Below the pieces are notes generated by a model, which saw nothing but the letters and a program-made list of their open reading frames with translations, did no database searches and was not told where the DNA came from. Both the position numbers and the translations under genes were made by a program. This document shows, piece after piece, positions 12,401 through 24,047 of a DNA stretch of 64,000 nucleotides; positions within the stretch are counted from its first letter, which is position 1, and the number at the start of each line of letters is the position of its first letter. Source of the DNA: Octopus bimaculoides (lineage: Eukaryota); contig NC_068984.1 in the NCBI RefSeq assembly GCF_001194135.2, positions 59,613,977-59,677,976 of the forward strand, read 5' to 3'.

Positions 12401-14444
12401 ATGTTTTGGTAGTCAAGAGTGTAATTCTTAATTTCATCTTCAGCACATGATTCCAGAATGTCTTTCTTTAGTTCTTCTCGCATCTCCCCTTTCTCGTGTT
12501 TCCCAGTCAAATCTGTCAAAGATGTAGCAGTTGACAGATAATTCAGTGGAGTACCTTCCGTGCAAAAAGTTTTTAATGAGTCATCGTGAACTGTGTGAAC
12601 TCGTTGCTCAACTCTCTCGTTTGTTCGTCTAGCTTCTTCAAGGCGACAATCTGCACAGTTGGGGTCGGAATCATTGTACCGTGATACATAATTTATTGGC
12701 CTGTCTGTGCATTGATCATCCGTGTATTCAGCATATCGTTTCCCGTAATCTGTTGGTTGGTCAAGCTGGTCAATGTTGTCTAGATCAGTCTCAGCATAAA
12801 CTCCATACGATGATATCAATGGTTCAGAACTGTTCTTATTACTGGAAGGATTTGTCATCCTATCATTGTAAATCTGTCTGTCTGTGTAAGTCTTATGAGA
12901 ATACTGATTGGGAACGACATACATATACATCCGTTGTTGTGCACTATAAGATGAAGGATTACCAGCAAAGTTGGCCAATTTGACGGGACAGTTATTCTGT
13001 TTACTTGGATCCAAACAGCTCTGCTTGGCAGGATCCAAACAGTTCTGAGTAGCATGATCAACATATTTGTTACTATAGTTAACAGTTTCATCACAAACCC
13101 CATCTTCATTTTCCATCATGTGTTGAGGTGCATTTCGCAATTTCTCCAGGCTACCTGCACTTCCTTCTTGAGTTAATCGAGTTAGACTAGAATCTCTTCT
13201 TTTCTCAAGAACTGAACCTTGGCGTTCATATAGTAGCTTGGAGCTCTTAGCAAGCATGTGATGAACCCTAGCACGATCATGTGATATATCAGAGTGCACA
13301 CTCCCTACACTGTCTTGACTGCCAGATCGTGTAACTCTATGTGGAGACCGTGTCCGGCTATCAAACAGCATTGCACCATCCCCACTCCCTGTCCTCATAA
13401 ACATATGTGTTTTCATGAAAGCCCTTCGACTCTCTAAATCTGATAACTGATAGCCAGATGAATAAAGATAATGTGGAGAGTCAGTATCTTGTTTCCGGTT
13501 CTCTGTAGGACTGTTCCTTGGACTTTCCATGTTCTCACAAGTCTCAGATAAATTTTGATCAATTTCAGCCTCAATTGCCCTTTGTTTCCTTGCATGCAAT
13601 GTTGGCATATTGGATTTGACATGTTTGTCAGAATCAAAGTTCAAAGATGCTGGTTTGGCACCAAGAAGGTTTTTTAAGGCTGCAGCACTGCCCATTGAGA
13701 TCATTCTGTGCTTTGAATGCACTAAGTTTCTGAGCATGCTAACTGCTCCCATATCCCACAAGGCGCGTTGATCTTCAGGACAGCGTGCTGATAAATTCCA
13801 TAGTGTACCACAGGCATTACTGACAATTGTAAGACTTGGAGACCGTAAGTGTTTCAACAGAATCTGCAGACAGCCGTGTTGCCGGAGGAGTCTCCTGTAA
13901 TCCTCCCTTACAGCAATGTGGCTGGACACATTTCTGAGAACACCACCACCGTTTTCAATGATTGCTAAAGTTTTTGAGGAACTTTTATAAGTCAATGTGC
14001 TTACTAAGAACTCAACTGCACCCTCAACAGCGCAAAGATCAGCTTTATTTTCACTACAATGAGCAGAGAGGTTCCAAAGTGCACTTAGTATACTTTTGAG
14101 AGTTGATTCTTTTTTCACACGCATTGCTGCCTTCATTAATGTTGTAACACCACCAACCTCCCGCAGTGTCTTCTTACTGGCAAGATCAGCTCGCCATGAT
14201 AAATTTCTGAGAACACTTGCAGCAACTTGACACAAGTCTTCATTGCTAGAATGCAATTGTGCAATTAGAGCATCCATAACACCTCTCATGGAACACAATA
14301 GAGCTTTATTTGTTCCATCACCGAATGTCAAGTTGGTCAAAGCCATGCAAGCATAGCGCCGCATTGTAATGTTGTACTGCTCAGTAGTGTTGCCATGGAT
14401 TTCATGATCCACCTGCAGAAGTTCTCCAATAGCCTGAAGACCAC
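6403..14444 (-). CDS. APC: APC terminal coding exon (8042 nt): ARM repeats, 15-aa and 20-aa repeats, CID, SAMP repeats, basic region, EB1/PDZ-binding tail
   Basis: Part of the 2698-aa ORF. The acceptor tttctttggatttcag|GT GGT CTT CAG (phase 1) gives GGLQAIGELLQVD...RRYACMALTNLTFGDGTNKALLCSM...LRNLSWRAD, matching the APC ARM repeats. It also contains ETPLMFSRCSSLGSLSS plus SPSELPDSP (20R2/CID), CISSAMP, CINSAMP and VSPFNYTPS, and ends RVTTV* (TAG at 6403-6405). Confidence 0.98.
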
Positions 14445-15490
14445 CTGAAATCCAAAGAAAATTAATACTAAATATTAAAAAGTCAATCTTCAGTATCATT
14501 AGAAATTTCAGAAAAATTAAAGCATCATTTATTTTGTCAGTTTAGTATGATATTGTCTATGAATATGATGGATAGTTCAACTGATGACTGAAACCCAATT
14601 ACTTAAAACTTAGAAATTTGCATTGTGCTCCTAATAACGATATATCTAATTCAGTTATTTCAGTTGTCAATACTGCTAAAAAAATAAGTACCACTCTACC
14701 TACCTCTTCAACTACTTATACAAATGTGCTAAATAACGTTAATCCCTGCTACATCATAAGGTTTTACAAGATCGCAGTTTAAATCAAGTTTCTAAAGTGC
14801 TAAACAGATCAGACACAAATCTCTTGGATTGTATATGAATCTGTTGCAGGTAGCTTTTCTTGAGAGAGAAATTGAACTCAGATATGCAAGCCATCAAACT
14901 ACACTTTCTACAGTGGCCACTGAAAATGAAATGCTTTGACAGTTAACACAATGACCTTTCATTCCAGTATTACCATACAGACTCATTCACTCATGCTCAT
15001 TCATGGATGAGTTGTCAGTATTAAAGTATTAACTCTTAAAATCCTATATTGCAGATATTCATACTGGTTGCCAAATCCTAAACTGCATAAAACTGCCATT
15101 TAAATAGTGTTGTTTGGAGGATAAAAAATCAAAACTAAGCATGTTTTTGTGAGACAAAGTTTAGTTGTATTTTAGGAAAAAACTTCCTATCAAAAGACAT
15201 CCTTGTTTGATTCATGCGTGTTTAGTTTTTCCATTTGATCAAGTAAATTTCTATGAAAGTTTTGCTGCATTAATTTTGGAGCAATAAAGACAGATATGAA
15301 CATTTAGAAATATCAATAGACATTTTCTCAAGTTTCATAATGGTGATGAGTTATACTTTCATATTTTTAGCTATTGCTCATTTTATTATTATCCCTGATA
15401 TCTTTTGGCTATTCCTTCTAAACATTACTATAGAGAAATTATCACTTCAGGAGTGAATACATAAGAAAAAAAAAATGTAAGAAACTCTAC

Positions 15491-15592
15491 CTAAAGTACA
15501 AATTGCGTGGCGGTGTTCTTCATCAAAGGAAAGCTTCATCAGTGCTGCGATGGCTGGACCAGGGTGGTGGTCTATATCAGAAGGCCGAGAAC
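15491..15592 (-). CDS. APC: APC coding exon (102 nt, phase 1/1)
   Basis: ctttccag|GT...TTA G|gtag. Encodes (G)SRPSDIDHHPGPAIAALMKLSFDEEHRHAICTL(G), compared with human PAVCVLMKLSFDEEHRHAMNELG. Confidence 0.95.
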
Positions 15593-15837
15593 CTGGAAAG
15601 AATAAAATCAAATGCATTTGTTACCAGATTGTTCTAAGTTGCTTCTCCACCTCCCCAATAATTAACTAACTGAAATAAAAGAAAGGTTTAATATCAAATA
15701 TTACAACAGAGTGTTGAGTTGGAAGACACAGTTAAGCATAGGATTAAATACTTGGCAGTGTTCAGTTTTTCCCTCTACATTCTGATTTTGAAATCAGCCT
15801 AGATATCACTGACTTTTGCATTCATTCTTTGAAGAGA

Positions 15838-16800
15838 TATTAGGTTGTCTGAAAAGTTCTGAGCATTTTTTAATATGTAAAGGGGGATATAAACAATTGA
15901 CTTTTCAATAAATTTTATTCAATGAAATAATTTCCATTATTATTAATGACCTTTGCCTATCTATCAGGCAATTTAAATATTCCATCAGCATAAAATTTGG
16001 TAAGAGATCCCAGCCAAGTTCATGTAACTTTGTTCAGGTAGCCAAAAACACGTGGTCAGGCATTGTCTTGGAACACTGCCCCTTTCCTGTTGGCAATCTC
16101 TGGCCTTAATTCTTTGACTTTTTGGTTCAAATTAGCCAGCTGGTTTTGTGCACATAATAAATAATGCCTTTATGATTCCACCAAACACAAAGTATAGCTT
16201 TTTTGGCATGGACATTTGTCTTTGGTTGCTGTTTTGGGGGATCCTTACACAAACTCCAGGATCTTATTTGCATTACGTTTTTGCACACAATCCATTTTTC
16301 ATCTCCAGTCACAAGTTGTTTCAGAAAAGGCATGCTTTCATTCTGTTCCAAAAGTATATCACAAAAGAATAAAAGAACCTGGCCTAATAATTTTTTTCTG
16401 AGAGTTTGTGAGGGACCCATACAGTATAGCAAGAAATGTATCCTAGCTTCACTAAGTGATCATGAGCCATACTTTTGGAAACTCCCAACTTCTCTAGTCA
16501 TGATATTTGAGTTTTCTTTGATTTTTGCCTTCAAAACATCACCTGATTTTGAAGGCCTTCCACTGTGACTGTCATCTTCCAAGCTAACCTCTCCAGCTTC
16601 AAATTTTGCAAACCACTATCAAACAGTTGATTCACCTACAGCATCATCACCATAAACTTCACAAATGTTTTTGCAAGTCATTGCAGCATTTTCTACTTTT
16701 TTTAATAAAAGAAAAGCATTACAGCATCAATATGAAATTTTTATTTATCCATTTAAAATGTCAATAAAGGGTACCCAGAATGAAAGATAATCTATTTTTA
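15838..16800 (-). mobile_element. degenerate mariner (DD34D) transposon in APC intron
   Basis: Minus-strand translation gives NICEVYGDDAVGEST..WFAKFEAGEVSLED..SGRP, LVTGDEKWIV, ILCVWWNHKGIIYY and FYADGIFKLPDR*AKVINNNGNYF, with stops and frameshifts. A TIR-like TATTAGGTTGTCTGAAAAGTTC starts at 15838. The other end is unclear. Confidence 0.88.
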
Positions 16801-17492
16801 GTCAGAAACAAAGAAGTGATACACTACCACTTCAAGCAATGCCAAAGTTTTAATTGTGTTACAAATCAGGTATGTTCAATGAAGTGTTAGGTTCTCATTA
16901 AAGGTGTCTACATCACTTGACCAATCAATCCCAAAGAAACAAACAGCTAATCTGTTTAAATACACAATAAATCCAGTAGCTTCAGAAAACTGGAACTACT
17001 TATTTGCACACTATAAGTGTAAGACAGTGAACCAAAAATGTTCAGTTAACAGAGATTATCCATGCAATTATTACTCAAAACCTTCCTCAAGGGATACTTA
17101 AAAATTTAAAAATAACTAAGGCAGATAACTCAGCGAATTGGAAATTTTGGAAGATAGAATACGATATTAAAGATCATCTATAATTTCCAAAAATTTGAAT
17201 GGGTGGCATTAGAGTTATCTTCCTTGGGTATATTTCTTTTTTTAAACACTTCTCGAGGAAATATTTTATTCATCGAAGTTTTTCAATTCAGTATATCATA
17301 TAGGTGAGATCCTGTCAAAGGATACTGTAGTTCCGACCTTCTGTGTACGTGTATGTGTGTCTGCGAGGGGTGGGGACTAGACAATGACAAACCACTCACA
17401 TTTATTTTATTGACCTCTGAGTGACAGAAGGCAAATTTAATATCTACTCCCATCCCAACAAGCAACTTAACCTTCAATGTTGAGAACTAGAT

Positions 17493-17841
17493 GTGGAGGC
17501 GCAATGGCCCAGTGGTTAGGGCACCGGACTCGCGGTCATAGGATCGCGGTTTCGATTATCAGACTAGGCGTTGTGAGTGTTTATTGAGCGAAAACACCTA
17601 AAGCTCCACGGTAGGGGATGGTGGCGAACCCTGCTGTACTCTTCCACCACAACTTTCTCTTACTTCCTGTTGTGCCTGTAATTCAAAGGGTCAGCCTTGT
17701 CACACTGTGTGCCATGCTGAATATCACAGGAACTACGTTAAGGGTACACGTGTCTGTGGAGTGCTCAGCCACTTGCACGTTAATTTCACGAGCAGGCTGT
17801 TCCGTTGGTCGGATCAACTGGAACCCTCGTAAGCGACGGAG
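17493..17841 (+). mobile_element. tRNA-derived SINE with 12-bp target-site duplication
   Basis: A-box TGGCCCAGTGG (17505) and B-box-like GGTTTCGATT (17548). Flanked by identical TGAGAACTAGAT at 17481-17492 and 17842-17853. Confidence 0.85.
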
Positions 17842-18203
17842 TGAGAACTAGATACTGCAAACCAATATAGTTAGGTTCTTTACTCCTATTGCAAGTCCAA
17901 CTAGACTAACTGACTTTTGCAATATCATCCAAATTATGCCAATATGGAAAACAGACATTAAATGATGATGGTTGGTGAATAAAGTAAATTTCAGAAACAT
18001 TCTAGTATTTACCTCAAAAAATATACTTAAGGTTAAGAGAACATTAAAAAAACAAGAAGCCAGTCAGTCAGCTCAATTACCAAATAACCAACCAAATGAG
18101 GGAGCCACTACATAGTTGCTTGACTTGGCAGAAACAGTAGCTAAACTCTCCTATAAAGTAACAATTCATTTCAAATAACTAGATAATGAAACCTTACAAA
18201 ACC

Positions 18204-18235
<32 letters not shown>

Positions 18236-19144
18236 GGATCACGGCTAGAAAGCATTGAATCAAAGGTCTGCTTGATTTCCCCAAAATAATTTGATATGTT
18301 GTGTGGTATTCTGCATCATATTTCTCCCATTTTCTTTTATTCTTTCCCTCACTGATGCTGGCAAAAGTTATATATCAAAGATACAGATGTGTGATTATAT
18401 ATGTCGGGTTAATGTGAGTGTCTCTAGTAATATGTAATTCAGTATAACCTGTTACTTGGTCAGGTTGTTAAGAACTCAAAAGAAGACCTGTTAAAAGTAT
18501 GGGTGAGCCCAGCACAGGGTCCAAAGACTGTATACGAACAGAATACAGGGACACAAAAATACTCAAGATGGCAAACAAGTGTGCTGTAAAACCACTTTTA
18601 AGAGTAGTGATCCTTACTTCTGGTCAGAACTTCTGTCTGGAAGAAGGACACTTTTGATATAAAAGCCTGAGGATTGTTCAATTTCAGGAAGAAAAGCTGT
18701 TTTCTCTGAAAAGTGGGTGAAACTTTTGTGCATGTTTCATTGACTATAGTCAAATTCATAACAGAAACTTCATAGCATAACAAACAGAACAAATGGACCA
18801 CTCAAAAGTGGCCACTGTCATTGTGTTGGTCAAAGTGTCTCAATATGGCTGTGACAATGACATGTAGCCACTTTAGTAGTTTCCTCCCTCATGAAGGCAC
18901 ATTGTAGGTATAGCATGGCTGAAGTAACAGTGATTTTCCAGTCATTCATGCCATTGCATCCTCTACTACCTGCTCTACTTTAAGAACTGCCATATGTACC
19001 TAAGAGGTGGTCATATTTGGTCACAAGTAGTCTTCCATCATCTATGTGTATGTTTGTGTATAATGTGGGGAGATCTATAATCAGGGGACTAGTCTTAGAT
19101 TTACTCAGGGTTAAACAACAAGGACAACAACGCCGACAACTGAC

Positions 19145-19402
19145 CTGATTTCACTTTTTTATCTTCTTCATCATCATCAGATGAAGAATCTCTGAGCTGA
19201 TCACAATGTGCTCGGATTTGTTCAAGGAGTCGCAACACTCGAGCTTCTCGCCGACCTCTTTTGTCATCTGGGTGGGAGTGAACAATATTGTGCAAAGCAG
19301 CAGAGGCCCGAGCCCGTGCCGCCTTACTCCCACGTGTATTGCCCAATAAGCTGGAGTCCTTGTCACTACCGTGCAGCAGCTGGATCAGTAAGGGGAGACA
19401 AC
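19145..19402 (-). CDS. APC: APC coding exon (258 nt, phase 1/1)
   Basis: tatttcag|GT TGT CTC...AAA TCA G|gtcagt. Encodes GCLPLLIQLLHGSDKDSSLLGNTRGSKAARARASAALHNIVHSHPDDKRGRREARVLRLLEQIRAHC, near-identical to vertebrate APC. Confidence 0.95.
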
Positions 19403-20644
19403 CTGAAATAAAATTGAAATAAATATTAAAGTTAGTAGAAATAATAATAATCCTTTCTACAATAGGCACAAGGTCTGGAATTTTGGGGGGAGGGGATAGT
19501 CGATTACATCAACCCCAGTACGTAACTGGTACTTATTTCGTCAACCCCAAAAGGATGGAAGGTAAAGTTGGCCTCAGCAAGACTGAGTATGATGATATCT
19601 TATGATTTCTTAATTAGAAAAGAAACAGTGTAATTATAAATGATGCTGAAGAAATGGTTAAGCATTAATTAAATAAGAAAAGTAGTTCCATCTCTGCTGT
19701 GAAGTAGTAACTGAAACTGTACATGTTTACAACCAAGTGGACTGTAGCAAATATACAAGTGGCTGAAGCTGGATGCAAGCTGAAGCTTACAATTGTGTGA
19801 TCTTAAAATGAATAAATTAATGTATGTATGTATGCATGCATGCATATGATCATTATTGCGCTTCTCATGTTTGAAATCACAAGAAAATTCCAGATATAAA
19901 TAATGCTTTCCTTTTCAAACTGAATGAAGAAAAACCACACACAAACATACACACATAATCTGCAGTACATAGGTGTTTCTAAAATAGTTATACCTAATAT
20001 GCAATTAGCTGTGTGTAGATGAATATCTGTATGTTGTTAAATGATGGAGTCAATTACTTAACTTTTCATGACTGGAAGTATTTATTAGCCATTTTTGGCT
20101 GCAACATAAACATAAGAAAAGTTGAACTCAGCACTGTAAATTAATGCAACATTCATAAATTTTTACAGTACTGAGCAACTTTCCATGAGGAATTGTAGCT
20201 ATCCAGTGGTATCTAGAGAAACAAGGTCATTTGAGCATCGTAGTCATGGATATAACACAGTGTTAATTATATGAGAGGCTGATAAATTGGTATGTTGTCT
20301 GGTATCCTACTGGTTCAAGCAGCAACACTCATGAGCTCTCACTTTTTTATGTCTGGGTAATACAAATTATAATGGTTCAGATCAGTTCTTATTTGGAGGT
20401 ACTGCCTTACTAGAGAGGGAGACACGATCCTCTCAATGGGGAACATATCACATTCATATGGTCTATTTTAGTATGGTTTTTATGGCTGGATGTCATAGAA
20501 CCATTTTATGTACTGTACTGGGTGTATTCTATCATGACATCAGCACTGGACAGATTATCCTGTCTCTGAAAAGAGAAACCTTAAGAGTCCTCTGAGCATA
20601 ACACCCAACATGTCATATTCAGCATATTTTCAACAGCTAGATAC

Positions 20645-20677
20645 CTTTCTTATTGTCCAGACACTTTTCAGAAAGAG
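20645..20677 (-). CDS. candidate 33-nt cassette exon of APC (unverified)
   Basis: gttttaatctttag|CTCTTTCTGAAAAGTGTCTGGACAATAAGAAAG|gtatct. Phase 1/1 and stop-free, adding ALSEKCLDNKK. Confidence 0.3.
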
Positions 20678-20823
20678 CTAAAGATTAAAACACCCTGATT
20701 TTTAAAACAAACTGAAGTAAACAGACTCAATACTTATATTGACTTGTAGTTGAAAAGAAAGGCTAAATAGTTATAGGTGGATGTGTGTGTTTGTTTGAGA
20801 AACACTTAAAGAAATTCTTTTAC

Positions 20824-20941
20824 CTGATTGCCGCATAGCAATGCAACTATCCTGAGAACTGGACATAGCAAGTAGTGTGCGACTCATGTCATCTTTATCG
20901 TGGGTACCAAGCATCGATAATAATGAGTAAACCATTTCAAC
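20824..20941 (-). CDS. APC: APC coding exon (118 nt, phase 0/1)
   Basis: aatttcag|GTT GAA ATG...CAA TCA G|gtaaa. Encodes VEMVYSLLSMLGTHDKDDMSRTLLAMSSSQDSCIAMRQS(G), one substitution from the human sequence as I recall it. Confidence 0.97.
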
Positions 20942-22379
20942 CTGAAATTAGCAGAAAAAGGATTGGAAACAATTTAAAACAATGATAAGAACAACAACCA
21001 ACTTAGTAATAAAATTTCTAAGATTATTTTAGAAATAAACATAAGAAAAATATACGGATATACATAGTTGTCCAGTTTTAGACCACTACCTATGCCTTAG
21101 GGAGTCATGCAATAGCATATGAGTCCATGCTGTTGCAAGCATTTGAATCAGGTCCCCTGATTTGAAGATGAACTCTTAATGTGTTGTTGCCTACTGCAGT
21201 AACCTAAGTCTGGTTTTTTCTTGCACCTCAATCCATGTCACAAGTTCCAGAAGCCCTACAAAGATTATGAGCATTGCCTTTTGCTTCTGATTAAGCTATC
21301 TATATTATTTTTTAATAGCCGAAGAGCTATACTTTTGCCTTTCATCCTTCCAGAGTCAGTAATATAAATGACCAGTCAATACTAGGATTTGCTCAGCCAA
21401 AGCTATAGTGGAAGACACTTGCTCAGGGTGCCACATAGTAAGACTGGACCCAGAACCATGTGGTTATGAAACAAACTTCTTACCACACAGCTATGCCTGT
21501 ATGTACTGTTTGTCCATGTTTATTACCTATTATGCTAATAAATAATGACAGATAAGATTACTGATAAAGCAAAATTTTGTTTTTATCATTATATTCCATA
21601 TCTATATTTAATATCAATTTCAGCTAGTAGTCCCTCATTTGAGAATAGTAATCAACATGTATTTATGCATAGGCAGACACATAGCTTGAAATTAATAAGA
21701 TAAGGCAAATAAGTTGACATCCATACCTGTACCAAAGACATATATTACTTATGCAAATTGACGAAATAGCTCAAATAAGAGTTTAAAATTTCCACTAAAA
21801 CAGTTGGCTTACTAAAAGCTTAGTTTCATGGAATATTTCAAAATAAAGACCAACTTTATTAAATATTGGCATATTTCAACTTACATCAGTAATTGAATCC
21901 AAGAAATGCAGCTGAACTTGAAAAACAATGTAACATGTAAAATCATTAAAAAAAAATTAGTAGCTTAAACCTGTTTTAATAAATGATTTGGACGTATTTT
22001 CACATTATGTGATTTTTCCACTTCAGTATTGGTTTTTAGGTGATTTAAAAAAATGTTTATGCTTTTAAATGTTTGCTGAAACTGACATAAAGTAAGATAA
22101 ATTGACTGAAGTTGAGGTTAATTAGATTATATAAAAAAAGTTTAAAAAATGTAAAGTTGAAAATGATGTTATTTGAAATGATGTAAGTTGAGGCATGCCT
22201 GCACTTCCATATCTAAAAGGATTGTTTGATTTTATGTACATAAGAAATTCTGGATGTGAAATAAATAATAGCATGGAGTTGTAGTAAAAAAATAACTAAA
22301 TGTCACATTAAGTGTGAGTGAATCTGAACAAATGTCATGGGTGGGTGTGTATAAATCATTGTTTGGTGACGGAATTTAC

Positions 22380-22528
22380 CTTGGTGCCAAGTTGAGGTTG
22401 AGTTGTTTGACAGCGCGACACTGGTGGAGCAGATGCATTTGTGTTGCTGGAATCAAAACTGAATATACTAGACGTATCATTGTTGACTAGACTTTCAAGG
22501 CTGCCATCGCTTTGACTAATGGGAAAAT
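22380..22528 (-). CDS. APC: APC coding exon (149 nt, phase 1/0)
   Basis: gagctttag|AT TTT...GGC ACC AAG|gtaaat. Open frame (D)FPISQSDGSLESLVNNDTSSIFSFDSSNTNASAPPVSRCQTTQPQLGTK ends in LGTK exactly as human APC does before VEMVY. Confidence 0.85.
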
Positions 22529-22611
22529 CTAAAGCTCAAGAAGAAAATAAACAAGTAAAAATCCCACTCAAACCACAATTTGATATATTAATGCTGAAAT
22601 AACAACAATAA

Positions 22612-22651
<40 letters not shown>

Positions 22652-22831
22652 NNNNNNNNNNNNNNNNNNNNNNNNNNNNNNNNNNNNNNNNNNNNNNNNN
22701 NNNNNNNNNNNNNNNNNNNNNNNNNNNNNNNNNNNNNNNNNNNNNNNNNNNNNNNNNNNNNNNNNNNNNNNNNNNNNNNNNNNNNNNNNNNNNNNNNNNN
22801 NNNNNNNNNNNNNNNNNNNNNNNNNNNNNNN
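22652..22831. other. assembly gap (180 N) next to an (AT)n microsatellite
   Basis: Run of N directly after (AT)n at about 22615-22651. The flanking exon phases already join, so no exon is needed in the gap. Confidence 0.99.
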
Positions 22832-23373
22832 AAAAAAAAACAGTATAGATATGACAAAACATGCAAAAATTAATTACTTGAGTATAAGTTTCATTATACA
22901 TATTGGTTTTTCTTGTTATAAATATATATCTGTCGATCATAAAGAAGAAATATGGGAATAACCATTTGTGAAGCTTTCAGTTTCCAATAAATATAAGATA
23001 AAGAACTCTACTGTTTGTATTGAGTGATCTCTTTTGCCTTGTTTACACTGATTTGTGTTCTTACATACACATATATATGTATATCATCGTTTTAATGTTC
23101 ACTTTCCCTTTGCTTGGGTTAGATGAAACTTATTGAGGCAGATTTTCTACAGTTGGATGCCCTTCCTTTTGCCAACCCTCAATTGTTTCTAAACAAGCTA
23201 ATACTTCCTCATAGCCAAACACATTTTCCACAGAATAATGGAAATGGATAACACTGCTTGTATGACAATGACACTCATTTTACAACTATCATGTGAAGAC
23301 AAGAAGAAGCAAACACACCATATATATATATAAAAGAAGGTATTGTAGTTTGCTGGAAGCATTGTGTATTGTT

Positions 23374-23659
23374 TGTGAAATGTAACGTGTCTGGAATGGC
23401 ACACCAATGCAGAGTGGACTCTAATAACTGTTATAGATAATTTAACTATTCATAGTCTAATATAATATTTCGGTATTTAAAAATTCCTTCTTCAGATATT
23501 GCTAGGAAGCAATGGACTCCATTACTTCCTAGCAATATCTGAAGAAGGAATTTTTAAATTCCAAAATATTATATTAGTCTATGAATAATCAAATTATTTG
23601 TAACAGTTATTATGTCCACTCTGCATTGCTGTGCCATTCCAGACATGTTACATTTCACA
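23374..23659. repeat. near-perfect 286-bp palindrome (foldback element / MITE-like)
   Basis: Arms 23374-23516 and 23518-23659 are reverse complements around a 1-nt centre (AATGGA-C-TCCATT), with about a dozen differences counted by eye. Confidence 0.95.
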
Positions 23660-23672
23660 CACACATATATAT

Positions 23673-23723
<51 letters not shown>

Positions 23724-24016
23724 AGCATGGGCAACTGCTGGCCTTCCACAAACAACCTTGCCCCGACTTGTGCCTCAGAGGGTAACTTTCTAGGTGCAAT
23801 CCCATGGTCATTCATGACCGAAGGGGGCCTCCTCCTCCTCATATATATAAATTCCAAATGATAAGAATGAGTGCTCAACACTGCAATGGTGAATCTAACT
23901 TTTTTGTTTGTGAATTAAGGCTACCATTGGTTTCATGTTAAGAAAAGCAGGAAAATATCCTAGTGTCTTAATTTTTCAAGCCAAACACATGGAGAAAGGT
24001 GTTTGCCTCCATTTTG

Positions 24017-24047
<31 letters not shown>

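Noticed and set aside
6278-12983. Many 60-170 aa ORFs overlapping the APC exon on the opposite strand or in other frames
   Set aside because: They are Leu/Ser/Phe-rich shadow ORFs of the serine-rich APC frame, with no independent motifs.
14445-14499. ORF-track start MILKIDFLIFSINFLWIS
   Set aside because: This is intronic read-through. The real exon begins at the AG acceptor at 14444, matching the conserved intron position.
17493-17570. tRNA-like sequence
   Set aside because: It continues into a SINE body bounded by a TSD and has no proper acceptor stem, so it is not a tRNA gene.
18618-18705. 88-nt AG..GT segment with an open frame in an APC intron
   Set aside because: It enters in phase 1 and exits in phase 2, so it would frameshift the next exon. 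There is no support as a coding exon.
19101-19144. ORF extension QLSALLSLLFNPE*
   Set aside because: It lies after the AG|GTCAGT donor and is intronic.
22536-22961. ORFs spanning X runs
   Set aside because: Artefacts of the N gap and the (AT)n tract.
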